DNA of 64,000 nt from the human T2T-CHM13v2.0 reference genome, Homo sapiens. Made by a program: the position numbers and the translations under genes. Below, in pieces: positions 42,124-55,075 of the stretch. Location of the stretch: assembly GCF_009914755.1 (NCBI RefSeq), contig NC_060933.1, one strand, 5' to 3'. The notes below the pieces were generated by a model that saw nothing but the letters and a program-made list of their open reading frames with translations, ran no database searches and was not told the origin of the DNA. Every line of letters begins with the position of its first letter. Position 1 is the stretch's first letter.

Positions 42124-42241
42124 GTATTAGCCCATTTTCATACTGCTGATAAAAACATACCCAAGACTGCGCAATTTACAAAAGAAAGAGGTTTAATTGG
42201 ACTTACAGTTCCATGTGGCTGGGGAAGCCTTACAGTCATGG
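42124..42241 (-). mobile_element. Truncated THE1 (MaLR) LTR
   Basis: tgtattag...ctgctgataaaaacatacccaagactg...aaagaaagaggtttaattggacttacagttccatgtggctgggg. Confidence 0.85.
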
Positions 42242-42339
42242 CCTTTTCTTCTGCCCTAGGAGACTTTAATTGTTTGAGAATAGTGCAAAGCTCTCTTATT
42301 AGTTCCTCAGTCTCTTGGCCTTTGTCCCTGTTATGCACT

Positions 42340-42646
<307 letters not shown>

Positions 42647-44409
42647 TGAATCTTTTAAGAATAGCTTTTAAATTGTTTTGTATTTCTTAACTTGAAATCT
42701 CTAAAGCCTACCTTTTCTTTTAGATTTGGTTCCAACTGCTTTGATATTCTAAGTATGCTGTGATCTACCAGCCTTTCCCCACCAATACTTGTGCTTTTTG
42801 TACCTATAACATGTTGTTTTTTGTTTGACTTTTGCTTTCCATTTTCTTGTGGCATGGCTGTGTGATTTCTGTTCATTCTTTCTTCAAATCTCTTCTCAGG
42901 TCTTATCATCTCTTGATACCTTCCCTGATGACTCCTACCCATTGACTTATTATCCTCCATAGATTCCTCTTGAAACTATTTTCTGTTGAAATAGTTTAAA
43001 GTCATATCATATACCTTTTTGTTTCCAATAATTTAGAGTGATGTATCTTTTTCTTCCTTTACAATAAGGTGTCAAGTTTTTGAAGGATTAGATCATCTTT
43101 ATATTTTGTTGTTTCTGTGAGTATTATGTACCACTCTGGGTATGCAGTTGTGCTGAATTGATAGCTTTTAGAGAATTGGTTTGGGTTTTATTTCAAATGC
43201 TGATGATTTATAATATCAGAGTTACTTCTTTGTGTAAATGTGCCTACTGTCATGCCTGGTCTACAATACTGCCCTTAGGAAAGGTTAGTTGAACCCAAAT
43301 CATGTAGGGGATCCCAAATCAAAGAGCATTTATTATTCTACTGTTTCACAGGAAGTATAAAGTAAGAGCAAATGCACTGAATCCAAGTTTTCTCAGAAAT
43401 ACTCTGTCTACTGTCTTTCCTTTGAGCCTCTTCTTAATCTGTCTCCTTAAGTATATATTACTCATTTATCTTTGACATTTTTCATTTACTACCTTATGTA
43501 GTTTTTCTAAATAATTTATATTTGTAGGTAGAGATAAATTGTATGTGTTAATTACAGCTTAAAAGAAGAGATTGGAATATTTTAGAAAGATTAATTCTTA
43601 TTAAAGACTATCTAATTGATCTGTGTTTGCATTCTTCCTATCTGAGTCTTAACATTTTCATAAAACATCTATCAGTGAAAAAATCATCAGTGTTAGCTGG
43701 AATTGAACTTAAGAAGATATTTGACTACCCATAAAACCAGATATTGAATGAAGAACACTTGGTTTAAGAAAATTGGGTCAAGTTAGAAATGATACAACAT
43801 TTTTGCTGGGCTTTAGATTTATTTTATCATTAATGACCTCTTAAAAAACCGGAATTAACTTTTAAGACATCTTAAATTATTATGTTAAATACTGTAGTTA
43901 TTCTCCTACCTCTGAAAAGCTTGTAAGGTGATTTGAGAATGTTTGATTTATATATATTAATACTCCAATTTTCTGAGTGGTGATATTGTTTCAACAGGGC
44001 TGAAAAACTAAAAAATGTGGATACCTGGCTTTAGAAATGGGCTAGCATTATCTTACCTGCTTTGTTTCAGGGGCTGATTCTTCAACAATGCATATAGCTA
44101 GATAATCTGGAGTTAATTTTGTGTGTGTCGGTGGGAGTGAGAGCTTGTGTGCTTAGGAGAGAGTTATTTACTTGGTTAACTAAAAACAAAGTAGTAAAAA
44201 AGCAATTGTGTGAGGCAGGCATAACTTCAACAGTTTACACTGGTTTAAGTTATTTCATTTGAGGGGTGGTACCTTATTAAGTCCTATCTTCTAGGCATAG
44301 TCTTATTTGTTTCTTAAGTTTCCTTATAATAAAATATAGTACTCTTAATTAATGGCTTCATATAGGTTGGAGTCTTGTTAGGTGTTGACCTTTTCTATTT
44401 GCTTCACAG

Positions 44410-44544
44410 GTTGTTTGCATTCGCTCCACTTGGAATGCTCTCTCTCCAAAGCTGAGTTGTGACACAAGACCTCTCATTCTGAAGACACTGAGTGAACTAT
44501 TTTCTCTAGTTCCTTCCTTAACGGTCAATACAACTGAATATGAG
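44410..44544 (+). CDS. FOCAD: FOCAD coding exon (135 nt, phase 0-0): VVCIRSTWNALSPKLSCDTRPLILKTLSELFSLVPSLTVNTTEYE
   Basis: cttcacag|GTT ... GAG|gtatgc. Open frame continuing from 4933. Confidence 0.92.
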
Positions 44545-47500
44545 GTATGCATTTGGAGCTCAGCACATTGCCTGCTTCTTCATGGGAAAGATGTGTGTTA
44601 TAATAACTTTTGGAATAAATATTCCTAATCTGTTGTTGTTGTTGTTGTTGTTCTGAGACCATGTTGATATGTTTATGGACTCTTAGGAGTAAGATAGCTC
44701 CTCATCAATCTTATGTCTAAAATGTATTTACATAAAGGATACCAACTTTTAATTATGAGAGTATTGTCAAGATTTTAAAGTCAATATTGTAAAACTAGTG
44801 TTTCCAAAATAATAGAATTCATAAAGCCAACCATTAAAAATCATTTTGTTAATGTTTTAAGTTCTAAAAAATAAGCCACAAAGACATTAATAAAGGCAGG
44901 ACAGACTCTCCAAACTTTGTGAATTACTCAGTGTTTGTCATTGTAATGAGTTGAAATACTTGGTGGAAGATTCTTTTTTGTAAGATTCATATATTACTGC
45001 TTAATATTTTCTTAATTATCTCTTCTTTGAGTGAAATGCATGAGAGGGTAGTGAATTACATTTATGCCTCTACATTTGTAAGCCATACTTTTTTTTTTTT
45101 CATGCTTACCATTTTTCCTTTTCCTTCAAAGAGCAGCAGTTGATTTTCACTTGCAGTCTTGGTAAACTTCTAGTTTGATTTAGTCCTTCACAGACTTTGA
45201 TAAACTGCCACTCCAGCCATCAGATTCCAATAATAGTCCTTTATATGTTTTAGATCATCTGACTGAGACAGGCTTAGAAGATACTTCAACTCATTCTAAA
45301 TGCTGCACAATGAATAAAATCAAATTTATCCTTACTGGGCTATACAATACCTATCACAGTACCTGGTGCATAATCTATATGTAGTAAGTAGTTGTTGAAT
45401 GAATGATTGAATCGATACAGAATATTTTAGTTTATTCTTACATGTAGCCTTTTTTTAGGGTCTTAAAAAAAGAATCAATTTGTGACTGTGAGTATACAGT
45501 TCACCAACATTCTTTCTTATGGCTACAGTTCACAGGCACTTGCTCTTATATTGTCAGAGAGTCCACAGGGCTACTGATAATGAGCTAAGACTAAAAGCCA
45601 ATGTAAGGCCATATTGGGTATATTTACTTTCTGTCTTCAGAGGCTAAAATCATATATCTTTTGTATTGCTTGTACCTTGAGTTAATCAGATTTTATTACA
45701 GGTTAATTTATGAATTGGCTGGTGTGTTGGTTTTTTGTGTTGGCTTATCCATGGTTGTGAATTATCTTTTGGACCAGATTTTTTTTTCTTCCAGATTTTA
45801 CATTCTTTTCCTTTGGTATCTTATACTAGGGTTCCTCTGTTGTTCAGACGGACTGCTTTGGGGCCGTTCTCTCTATCTCTTCCTGCCCAGTTAGGGGGAG
45901 TCTCTTCAGTGAACATAGTCCCCTTAAAAGCAGAAGTGAAGAAATGTAGAAGGGAGAGACCCTCCTTCCTCCTCCCACTTTCATCTGTGTGTGTTTAGAT
46001 AATTGGTTTTTTAACTACTTAGAATTTGTCTGGATGTGAGCCAAAGTTGAATTTAATTTTTCCCAGAGTGCTTCTTAAGTCATTTCTATCCCTAGTAACT
46101 TCATTAGCTTAAGTTTCCCTAAAATGTAGTCCAACCTGTTTACAACAAGTCCATAAAGCATTCTGGAATCTGGCCTCATTAGTGGTCTGTATGCTGCACT
46201 CCAATAAAACCAAACCACTTACAGTGTCCTTCAAACTTTTCCTTCCTCCAAACTTTTCCATTTCTTTTCCTTTGTTCATATTATTCCCTCTATCTAAAAT
46301 TACTTTCTTTTTCCTCTTTAATTTAAAAATATATTTTAGGAAGAAAAGGATTGTTTTAACTCATCCCATCCTTTGAGAGTTTGTCTGCAAGCTGGAGTCT
46401 TTTGTTCCCAAAGTTCTTTATACTGTTCTAAGAACGTTTATTCTATTTTATACTACAGGTATATGTATGCATATATTATTTTCCCCATTCAACTATAGGC
46501 TTATTGAAAATGGAGTCCATGATTTAATTATAGTGTATTTTCTGAATTGCTTTGCACAGTGCTTGCTTCACTTATTCATTGAATCAGAATATATTTATTA
46601 AAACTGCGCTAGGTCTTAGAGATACTAATAAATATAGTCAACCCTATTTTTGAGTACCTATTCAATCCCCATCACTCTTACTAGTTTATACCAATTAGTT
46701 CTAATCTCTGATAGGAAGGTATCATTTTTTATTGTATTGTTACAGAAACTAAACCTTTGAGAGGCCTATTTATTTGACAAATATTTATGAGTATCTGCTA
46801 TGTTCTAGGCAAGTAACTTGACCAAGACTGTAGTTAAAAAGCTAAGTGAAAGCTGATGTCTGAATCCAGGACTTTCTAGTTTCATATCCTTTGTTTTCGC
46901 ATTATACCATGTTATCAGTCCCTGCCTTCTAGAAGCTCAAAGGTAGGTAAAGGAGATAGATGTGAGTGATGATAATTATAGTAACATTTGATGAGCACAG
47001 TTAATTAAAGGGCAATGAGAGTGTGGTAGAGAAAATGACAAACACTCTTAGCAAGAATCCAAGGAAATTATTTGTGCTATTGGACTTGGAACTGGAAGAA
47101 TTAATATACTGTTGCTTCCCATTGAAGTTTGGGGACTAGAATATGCAAAGGCAAGGAGGTATAGAGGAACCTAATATGATTTAGAGGGGCAAAAAGTTAG
47201 ATGTGGTGGCAATGAAGAAGACCACCGACTGTTGGAAGGTAAATGGCTTTTATGCTTAATCAATTATTTATTACACATTTGTCATCTTTGAGGAACTGTG
47301 TGGGCTCTGTGGTTTAGGTCTTTGAAATGAAAAAAACGCAGTCACTGCCTTAAGTATTGTACAACCTCGAGTGAGTTAGTCATGCTAGATGTGGAGGTGT
47401 ACCATGTGCCGTATGGCCACGTGGAGAAAGGAAAACTCTCTTCTGGGTAGGCTAGAACAGTGGCATGAAAGAGTGACATTTCTGTTAGTACTTGAAGGGA

Positions 47501-47758
47501 CTAAGAGTAAGAAATGGTTAGGTTTCTAAATTTCATTATCTTAAAATCTTAATGTGTTTAAAATATCCATGTGCTTAGAGGATGAGTTTGTTTCTGAATA
47601 TTTACATTTTATGAATGATGGGTGAATACACATTAAGTGAATTTCTGGTGGTGTTACTTTAAAAGTGACTTAATTTTCATTATTTGCTACTTTGGATTAT
47701 TTAGTCTCAGTTTTAGCTTGGTCTTAACAATTTATTCTTTTGTATGTTAACTTTTCAG

Positions 47759-47809
47759 AATTTTAAAGTTCAAGTCCTCAGCTTCCTCTGGACTCATACT
47801 CAAAACAAG
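47759..47809 (+). CDS. FOCAD: FOCAD coding exon (51 nt, phase 0-0): NFKVQVLSFLWTHTQNK
   Basis: cttttcag|AAT ... AAG|gtacta. Confidence 0.88.
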
Positions 47810-48716
47810 GTACTATCACAAGGCTTGTCAGTGAATCAGAACAAAGCTAAGGAAATAATTTTGACATTTGTAAAATAAGACTCTTAGGATAAAAAGTACA
47901 ACTGCCTTGAAATAATGGGTTCCCAATTTTTAAAAAAAGTGTGATTATTCATAAGTTTTGGTTTTAAAAATTATGCTCAATTTATGCCCATTAATACATT
48001 TTTACCATAAAGTGCACTTAATACTTGGTGAATCTGACAGATGGGAAGAGGAACTGTTGATATTATCTTATATTTTTATATGGTCTTTCCCCTTTCCTGC
48101 TTTGCCCCTTCCCCACCAACAAGCATACCAAACAAACAAAAAGTCCAGTCCATTTTTTAGATGTTGTTTCCAATCAAGGATTATATATAGAGACTGCTGG
48201 TGATGTTATACCTAACTCATGGATGAATGAGCTTAGATTCCAAAAAGGCTAACTTGCCCTATTAATAGGTGGAGAATCGGAATCCAAACCTAGGCCTATC
48301 AGACAGTAACTCCTTGTTCTCCTTCTGCTAAATCATACTACTTCATGGAGACTTGAGCAATTATGAGTTACTTTATATTTAATGTTCAAACTAGGATAAA
48401 AATTTAGTATTTTTGATCTCCTTGCCCATTTTTAATTGGGCATATTCTCCAGAAAAATGTTTAATGCTGATAATTTTTTCCAGTTGTTCTTACTTCCCTT
48501 CACAGACCCTTTCACTTTTTTTTGCAATATTTTGTTTTGAAACGAGGATTAAATTTCTCGATCTCTCTTTTGAAATTGCTAGTAAATATCCTTTTAGCTA
48601 GGCAAAGCTTTAATACCATTTTCAAAGCACTGACTGTAGAACTTTGGGATTGGTGAGGGAAGGTTTCTTTCCCCCTCCAGATTTGATGTTTAATGCATGT
48701 TGTGTTTTTTTGTTTG

Positions 48717-48721
<5 letters not shown>

Positions 48722-48769
<48 letters not shown>
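48722..48769 (+). repeat. Poly(T)48 forming the polypyrimidine tract of the 48781 acceptor
   Basis: Counted directly; ends 11 nt before the exon. Confidence 0.95.
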
Positions 48770-48774
<5 letters not shown>

Positions 48775-48780
48775 ATCTAG

Positions 48781-48864
48781 GACCCAATTGTAGCAAATGC
48801 TGCATATAGATCCCTGGCCAACTTTAGTGCAGGAGAACACACCATTCTTCATCTGCCTGAAAAG
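48781..48864 (+). CDS. FOCAD: FOCAD coding exon (84 nt, phase 0-0): DPIVANAAYRSLANFSAGEHTILHLPEK
   Basis: T48-accctatctag|GAC ... AAG|gtaggc. Confidence 0.92.
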
Positions 48865-49360
48865 GTAGGCATATCTGCTTTCTCACTGGTATTTCTTAAT
48901 TTGCTAGGGTTTACAACTTTTTCTCTCTCATCTTAGGAGATACTTACCTGATGAATATATACATAACCCTAGATCTGTTGTCCATGCAAGATACAAATTC
49001 ATACCCATTATTTGTTTATATGTAAAAGACTGTAGAGGTTTGAAGCAGATGGAAGACACCTATGATGCAAATGAAATCTTCTTAAGGTGACTGGGTATAT
49101 GGCTTGCTCCAGATCTGAGTCACTCATAGGGATCACTTTGCCTAATTAGTATGCCATCCTGGACTTTAATCCAAGCATGGCCTTCATAGACTAAGATTTT
49201 ATAGCACCTGTGCAGCCAAAGATCTCTATTTGTGATAAACAATGGGATGCCATATGAAAAAATCTGCTTTTTTTTAGTATCTGTGAATGGTATATAGGTA
49301 GCTCCAGAAAACTGGATGGAGAAAGTATCACTATCTTTTAAGAGTTAACACATAGTGTGA

Positions 49361-49422
49361 TATTCAGTTAGGAAAAGAGGAAGTCAAATTGTCCCTGTTT
49401 GCAGATGACATGATTGTATATT
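49361..49422 (+). mobile_element. Isolated 60-bp internal fragment of primate L1 ORF2 (reverse-transcriptase motif FADD)
   Basis: 49362-49421 translates IQLGKEEVKLSLFADDMIVY; flanks are not L1-like. Confidence 0.9.
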
Positions 49423-52315
49423 ATCTTAGTTTTTAGACTAAACTAAAAACATATAACCTCTTCTAGTATCTGCCTATTATAATCAGCTTTAAATTAGTAG
49501 ATCCTATTAAGGGGTTAAATATCTGATTTCTTATTTAGTGCCACTATGAATTCAAATGCATACAGATGTTTATTGAGTGCCTCTGAAGTGTCAAGCAGAC
49601 ATTGTGTTAGATGAAGTTACGTGTAACATTACTCAGAATCTGTCTTTGAAGTTACGTGGCAGGAAGGTTTGGTGTGAATTCCTTGGGATCCTCAGGCATT
49701 AAAATGGGTTTGCCTTTTTCTTCTGGATTGCGTTTATACTGAGATTAGATGCCAGTAGGAACCAGGCAAATTTCTGTTTACTGAATTGAATTGGAGCCAC
49801 GATATAAAAAGGATTGAAAATAGGCTGTTGTAAAACCAATTCCTAAGGCAGGCAGGATTTCCTGTGTCATTGAGGACTTACAAAGATAGATTGACCGCTT
49901 GTCATGCAGTGATCACAAATGGGAAAACTTAGGTAAAGATGTGTTATGACTCATACAATTAAAAAAGATGGGACTTCAGACTGCATTATGATGACCAGCA
50001 ATACCCATTGTTGCTTTAAAACAGAAAAGAAAAAGGAAAAAAGCTACATGTAAATTTCATATGCAAACACCTGCCAATAGATTAGCTACAGCATCTGGAG
50101 AGGCACCTTTTATTCTTGTTTTTAATAGGCAATTATTCATTTAAATCACAGCATAAAAATTACCCTTATTTTTACCTTTCGTTCCTAAAATATTCCAGCT
50201 TGAGTAATAGCTTTTATTAAATAACTCCAGCATACTCTTGACATTTAGTCTCTACTTTTTAAAATATTGACATGCTTATATTTTTTTTCTGATTTTGGAT
50301 TTATATTCAATTTCCAATTATGTTTGCAAGAATTTATAAGTGCTATACTCAGCCAAGTGTTAGCTACTTCCTTAATCTAACTCTTCTAAACTCTTTGATC
50401 CCTGAATAGCCATAAATAGCTCTTTATATCTTCCAACATAAATGGTAAACGTACTTAGAGTTGGGGTTTTCTATATATGTTTGGGTTTTCAGCATCAGAG
50501 TGGAAAGAGCTATAAAGGAAAGCTATAAGGCGTATCCTTTTGTAGCTATGCTTTTCAGCTTTTTTTTTTTCTTGCCCTAATCCCCTTCTGGGATATGACC
50601 CATTCCAAAAAGTAACAATAGCTCACTGCAGTGGATATTCTGAACTGAGGTTGAGATGAGGGGTGTAAGTGGTTTGAAAGAGTCTTCCTCACTCTGACCC
50701 CAGCTTCTGATACTGAGGACCTATCTCTTTATGGAGAATCATTGCTTCTAAGACCACACCATGCATTCTTCTTCTTTTCATTGATTGCTACATTTCAGTT
50801 TGGCTGTTCGAACACCTAAAGACTAAAAGTCCAGAAAGTGTTCAATGTGTTCATATCCCAAACAAGTTCCCAAACATACAGCCTGGTCGGTGCTTCACCT
50901 TAGTTTTGTAGATGTGACACTATAAAACAGTGATGTGAAACTGCAGCTCATTTTTCTATAAAAATGTATTTTCAAATGTTTTGGAAGTTCCTGTCAAGTG
51001 AGACTTCTGTAATGTAAAAACTAAGATTCTTCTTTGTTGACAGACATTACTCTGCACTAAGGGCAATTGGTTTACACACAAGACTTAAGGTTACCTATTT
51101 TTCCAGTGAAAGTGTGTCCATATTCTCTCTTCTTACCTATGGAAACCGGTGGAATAAACTTTTGAGCCCATTGTGAATTTCAAGTAGAGCTAAAAAAAAT
51201 ATATATATAAGATATCCTTACAAATGTGGCTACTTTGTGAATTATAATTCAGCTACTTTTTAAAGTACTGATTTTCTTTAAATTTACTTAAATATTTCTT
51301 GTTGATTGCTGAACATCAATTTATGTTGTATAACTTGTTGAAAGTTAACAGACTGGTAGAACAAAAAGAGTAAGAGGATTGGCAGATATCAGAACAAAGA
51401 TTTAGGGTTGAATGAAACAGTACATTTAAGGTAATGTACTGGATAGATGGTAGAGCTGAATGAGATACAATAATATGAGTTAAGAATTTGAATACCATGT
51501 TGATGAATTCATCTTTCTTGTCATTTGTTATTAAGAATTTCTGTGGGATTAGAGGTGATGGACATGTAATACTTGCATTGGTTTAATAATAATTTATTTG
51601 GTATATACTAAGTGCTAGGTCCGATCTGAAGAGCTGAGGATGTTGACTGAATGCATATATTTTGTTGGTTTGTAACAGGATCATTGTTAATCACTTAAAG
51701 CACACAGATCTAAAATTGGTTCCAAAATTTCAGGGGACTTCTTTGAGGACATGTTGATTGTCATGTTGAAAGATAGATAAGAATGATTTTTCCCTTTTAG
51801 CTTTTATTTTTTCTGATTTTATAAAAGCTAGTTACACTTCCCCTGTCTTCTTTAGCACACCTCCCCAAAAGAAAAAACAAACAAAAAAACTATGGAGAAG
51901 TTTCCTTGTTAAAAGAATCAGTAATGGATAAACATTTAGGTAGAAGATACTGACTTTTCTCTCTGACTTGGTTTCATTAAAAAACATTCACCTATTTAAA
52001 AATTAAACTTGTTTTCTTGATTTCTAGGGTTAATTTTAGAAATAATATAAAAGAACTGATTATGCATTCAGGGTTGGTATAAATATGGTGTAACCCGTTT
52101 GGCTTTGATTTAAAGTGAATGTCACTGCATTCATCAGAAGCTGTTTCTCTTTTTAACTGAATAATTTATGCAGATACTTGACATGTTCCAAATAAAATTC
52201 TCTGTTTATGCACAAACTCTTGGATTTCCATAGGTTACAGACACAGAAAGTTGATTGAAAGGTTATCCGGCTCAGAACCCACAGTGAGGCATTTTGTGGG
52301 ATACACTTTCCAGTA

Positions 52316-52736
52316 CAGATGGTCCCCAACTACGATGGTTGGACTTAACGATTTTTCAACTTTATGATGGTGCAAAAGTGATACATATTAGGTAGAAATG
52401 GTACTTCGAATTTTGAATTTTGATCTTTTCTCAGGCTAGGCTAAGATATGTGGTAAACCACTCTCTTGTGATGCTAGGCAACAGCATCAGATCGCAGCTC
52501 CCAATCACACTGAATCACAAGGGTAAACAACTGATATTCTATAGTGTTCTGTGTTACCAGATGTTTCTGCCCATCTGTAGGCTAATGTAAGTGTTCTGAG
52601 CACACTTAAGGTATGTTAGGCTAAGCTATGATGTTTGATAGGTTAAGTGTGTTAAATGTATTTTTGTCTTCTGACATTTTCAACCTACGATGGGTTTATT
52701 GGGACATAACCCCCATCATGAATCAAGGAGTATCTA
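52316..52736 (-). mobile_element. MER47 (TcMar-Tigger, probably MER47B)
   Basis: TA|cagatggtcccc...aaggagtatcta|TA terminal inverted repeats; about 420 bp. Confidence 0.82.
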
Positions 52737-52773
52737 TATTCAATTTGAAGCAAGTTTTAAAAGTAAATTATCA

Positions 52774-53114
<341 letters not shown>

Positions 53115-53166
53115 TTAGTTATAATAGGCAGGTCGTTTTTGTTGGTGGGGTGTGTGTGTGTTTTAG

Positions 53167-53217
53167 TAGGTTGGCACAAAAGTAATTGCAGTTTTTTTCT
53201 TTTGCGCCAACCTAATA
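53167..53217. mobile_element. MADE1 (Hsmar1 mariner MITE), internally deleted
   Basis: taggttggcacaaaagtaattgca ... cttttgcgccaacctaata inverted ends. Confidence 0.85.
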
Positions 53218-53441
53218 GATACATATGCAGTTTTATTTTTCTGAGTGTTTTAGCAGCTAATATAATATTATTGCCAAAATTTTATAACCTTAACAGGAAT
53301 TCTTTCAACTGAGTTCTCTTGATTCTCTATAGTTTTACTCGCATTGACCTTATTAAATTGTTGCACACAACCAGGGGGAAAGACTGGTAGTAGCCTAGGG
53401 AAGGTAGAACAAATAATTCTTTTAAGAAGTGACCAGAGGAG

Positions 53442-53793
53442 TAAAGAACTTACTCATGTAACCAAACACCACCTGTTCCCAAATAACCTATGGAAATAAA
53501 AAATTTAAAAAAAAAAACCAAACACCGCATGTTCTCACTCATAGGTGGGAATTGAACAATGAGAACACGTGGACACAGGAAGGAGAACATCACACTCTGG
53601 GGACTGTTGTGGGGTGGGGGGTGGGGGGAGGGGTAGCATTAGGAGATATACCTAATGCTAAATGACGAGTTAATGGGTGCAGCACACCAGCATGGCACAT
53701 GTATACATATGTAACTAACCTGCACATTGTGCACATGTACCCTAAAACTTAAAGTATAATAATAATAATAAAATAAAAAAAAATTAAAAAAAA
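53442..53793 (+). mobile_element. About 75-bp L1PB/MA-type 3' tip followed by a young L1PA (PA3/4-like) 3' end in its A tail
   Basis: taaagaacttactcatgtaaccaaacaccacctgttccc, then ccaaacaccgcatgttctcactcataggtggg...; 18-bp TSD at 53424-53441 and 53794-53811. Confidence 0.88.
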
Positions 53794-54329
53794 AAGAAGT
53801 GATCAGAGGAGAAAGGAAATTTAATGGAACCAAAATGTAATAAATAATAAGTGCTAATTTGTCCAGGAGAATCAGCTCACCTATTAGAAAACAAAATTGA
53901 AGGAGTGATCATACCATTATAAATACATATAGTATATAATCTATTCTTAAATTATAATACATTTGTAATTTCTTTGCTAAAATTTATGCACATTTGAGAT
54001 GCAGACATATGCTATTCACTGCATAGAAGATAAATTAATATAGCACACAGTTACGTGAATATGAAATTAGACAATTTAAGATTGATGGGTTGGTCAGTTT
54101 GCTTTATCCGCAATCTTTCTTTAGTGGCTCTTAAAAATATTGATGACCCAGGTGCAGTGACTTGTATTAAGTAATTAGGTTGACTGCACAGAAGGACAGG
54201 ATAGGAGGATAGGATAAAAGTTGTACAGAAATGATCATATCCCTTTTATACTAAATAATTCTGGAAGCATTTGGTCATTTGACATAGTTTGCACAGCACT
54301 TTAAGGTTCCTCTGGTGGTGGCAGTGACT

Positions 54330-54505
54330 TTTCCCCGACTCCCCACCCCCCCTTACTCTTTTCATTCTACTCCCCTCCTCTTCCCCTCCCCCTCCTCCTC
54401 TTCTGCATGCCTACATACCTTCCTCCCTCCCTCTCTCCCTCCATAGCTCCTTCCTTCCTTCCTTTCTTTTCTCTTTTCTTTTCTTTCTTGCTTGCTTGCT
54501 TGCTT
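54330..54505. repeat. Pyrimidine-rich low-complexity tract (CCT/CCTT/CTTTT/CTTG), probably the decayed tail of the adjacent antisense L1
   Basis: Read directly from the sequence. Confidence 0.85.
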
Positions 54506-55075
54506 TATTGACATATGATTCATATACTGTACAACTTACCCTTTAAAGTATGCAATTTAGTGGTTTTAGTATATTGAAACAATTGTGCAACTAATCACAG
54601 AGCAACCACAATCTAATTTTAGAACATTTTCCCCCCTGAAAGAAACTCTCTCAGCAGTCAGTCTCCATTACTCCATTCCCTCTCCAAGACCTAAGCAACC
54701 ACTAATCTGCTTTCTGCCTCTGTAAGTTTGCTTATTCTGGACCTTTCCTATAAATGGAAGCATACAGGATGTGGTCTTTTGTGATGGGCTTTCTTCACTT
54801 ATCTTAGTGTTTTCAAGATTCTTTCATGTGTAGCATGTATTTGTACTTTATTCCTTTTTATGGCTGGATAATATTTCATGGTATGGATTTATACTATATT
54901 TTGTTTATATATTCCATCAATTGATGAACGTTTGGGCTGCATGAATGTTTTGAGGCTATTATAAATAATAATTCTATGAACATTTGTATGCAAGCTTTTG
55001 CATGATCATATATTTTCATTTCTCTTGGTTATATACCTAGGAGTGAAACTCCTAGGCCATGTAGTAACTCTATTT
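54505..55075 (-). mobile_element. L1MB-like 3' fragment
   Basis: ctttattgacatatgattcatatac...atatacctaggagtg. Confidence 0.78.

Noticed and set aside
49460-49530. Faint resemblance to the U2 snRNA 5' region (tagtatctg...ttaaatatctgat)
   Set aside because: Only short non-contiguous words match, the spacing is wrong, and the GTGTAGTA branch-pairing context is missing.
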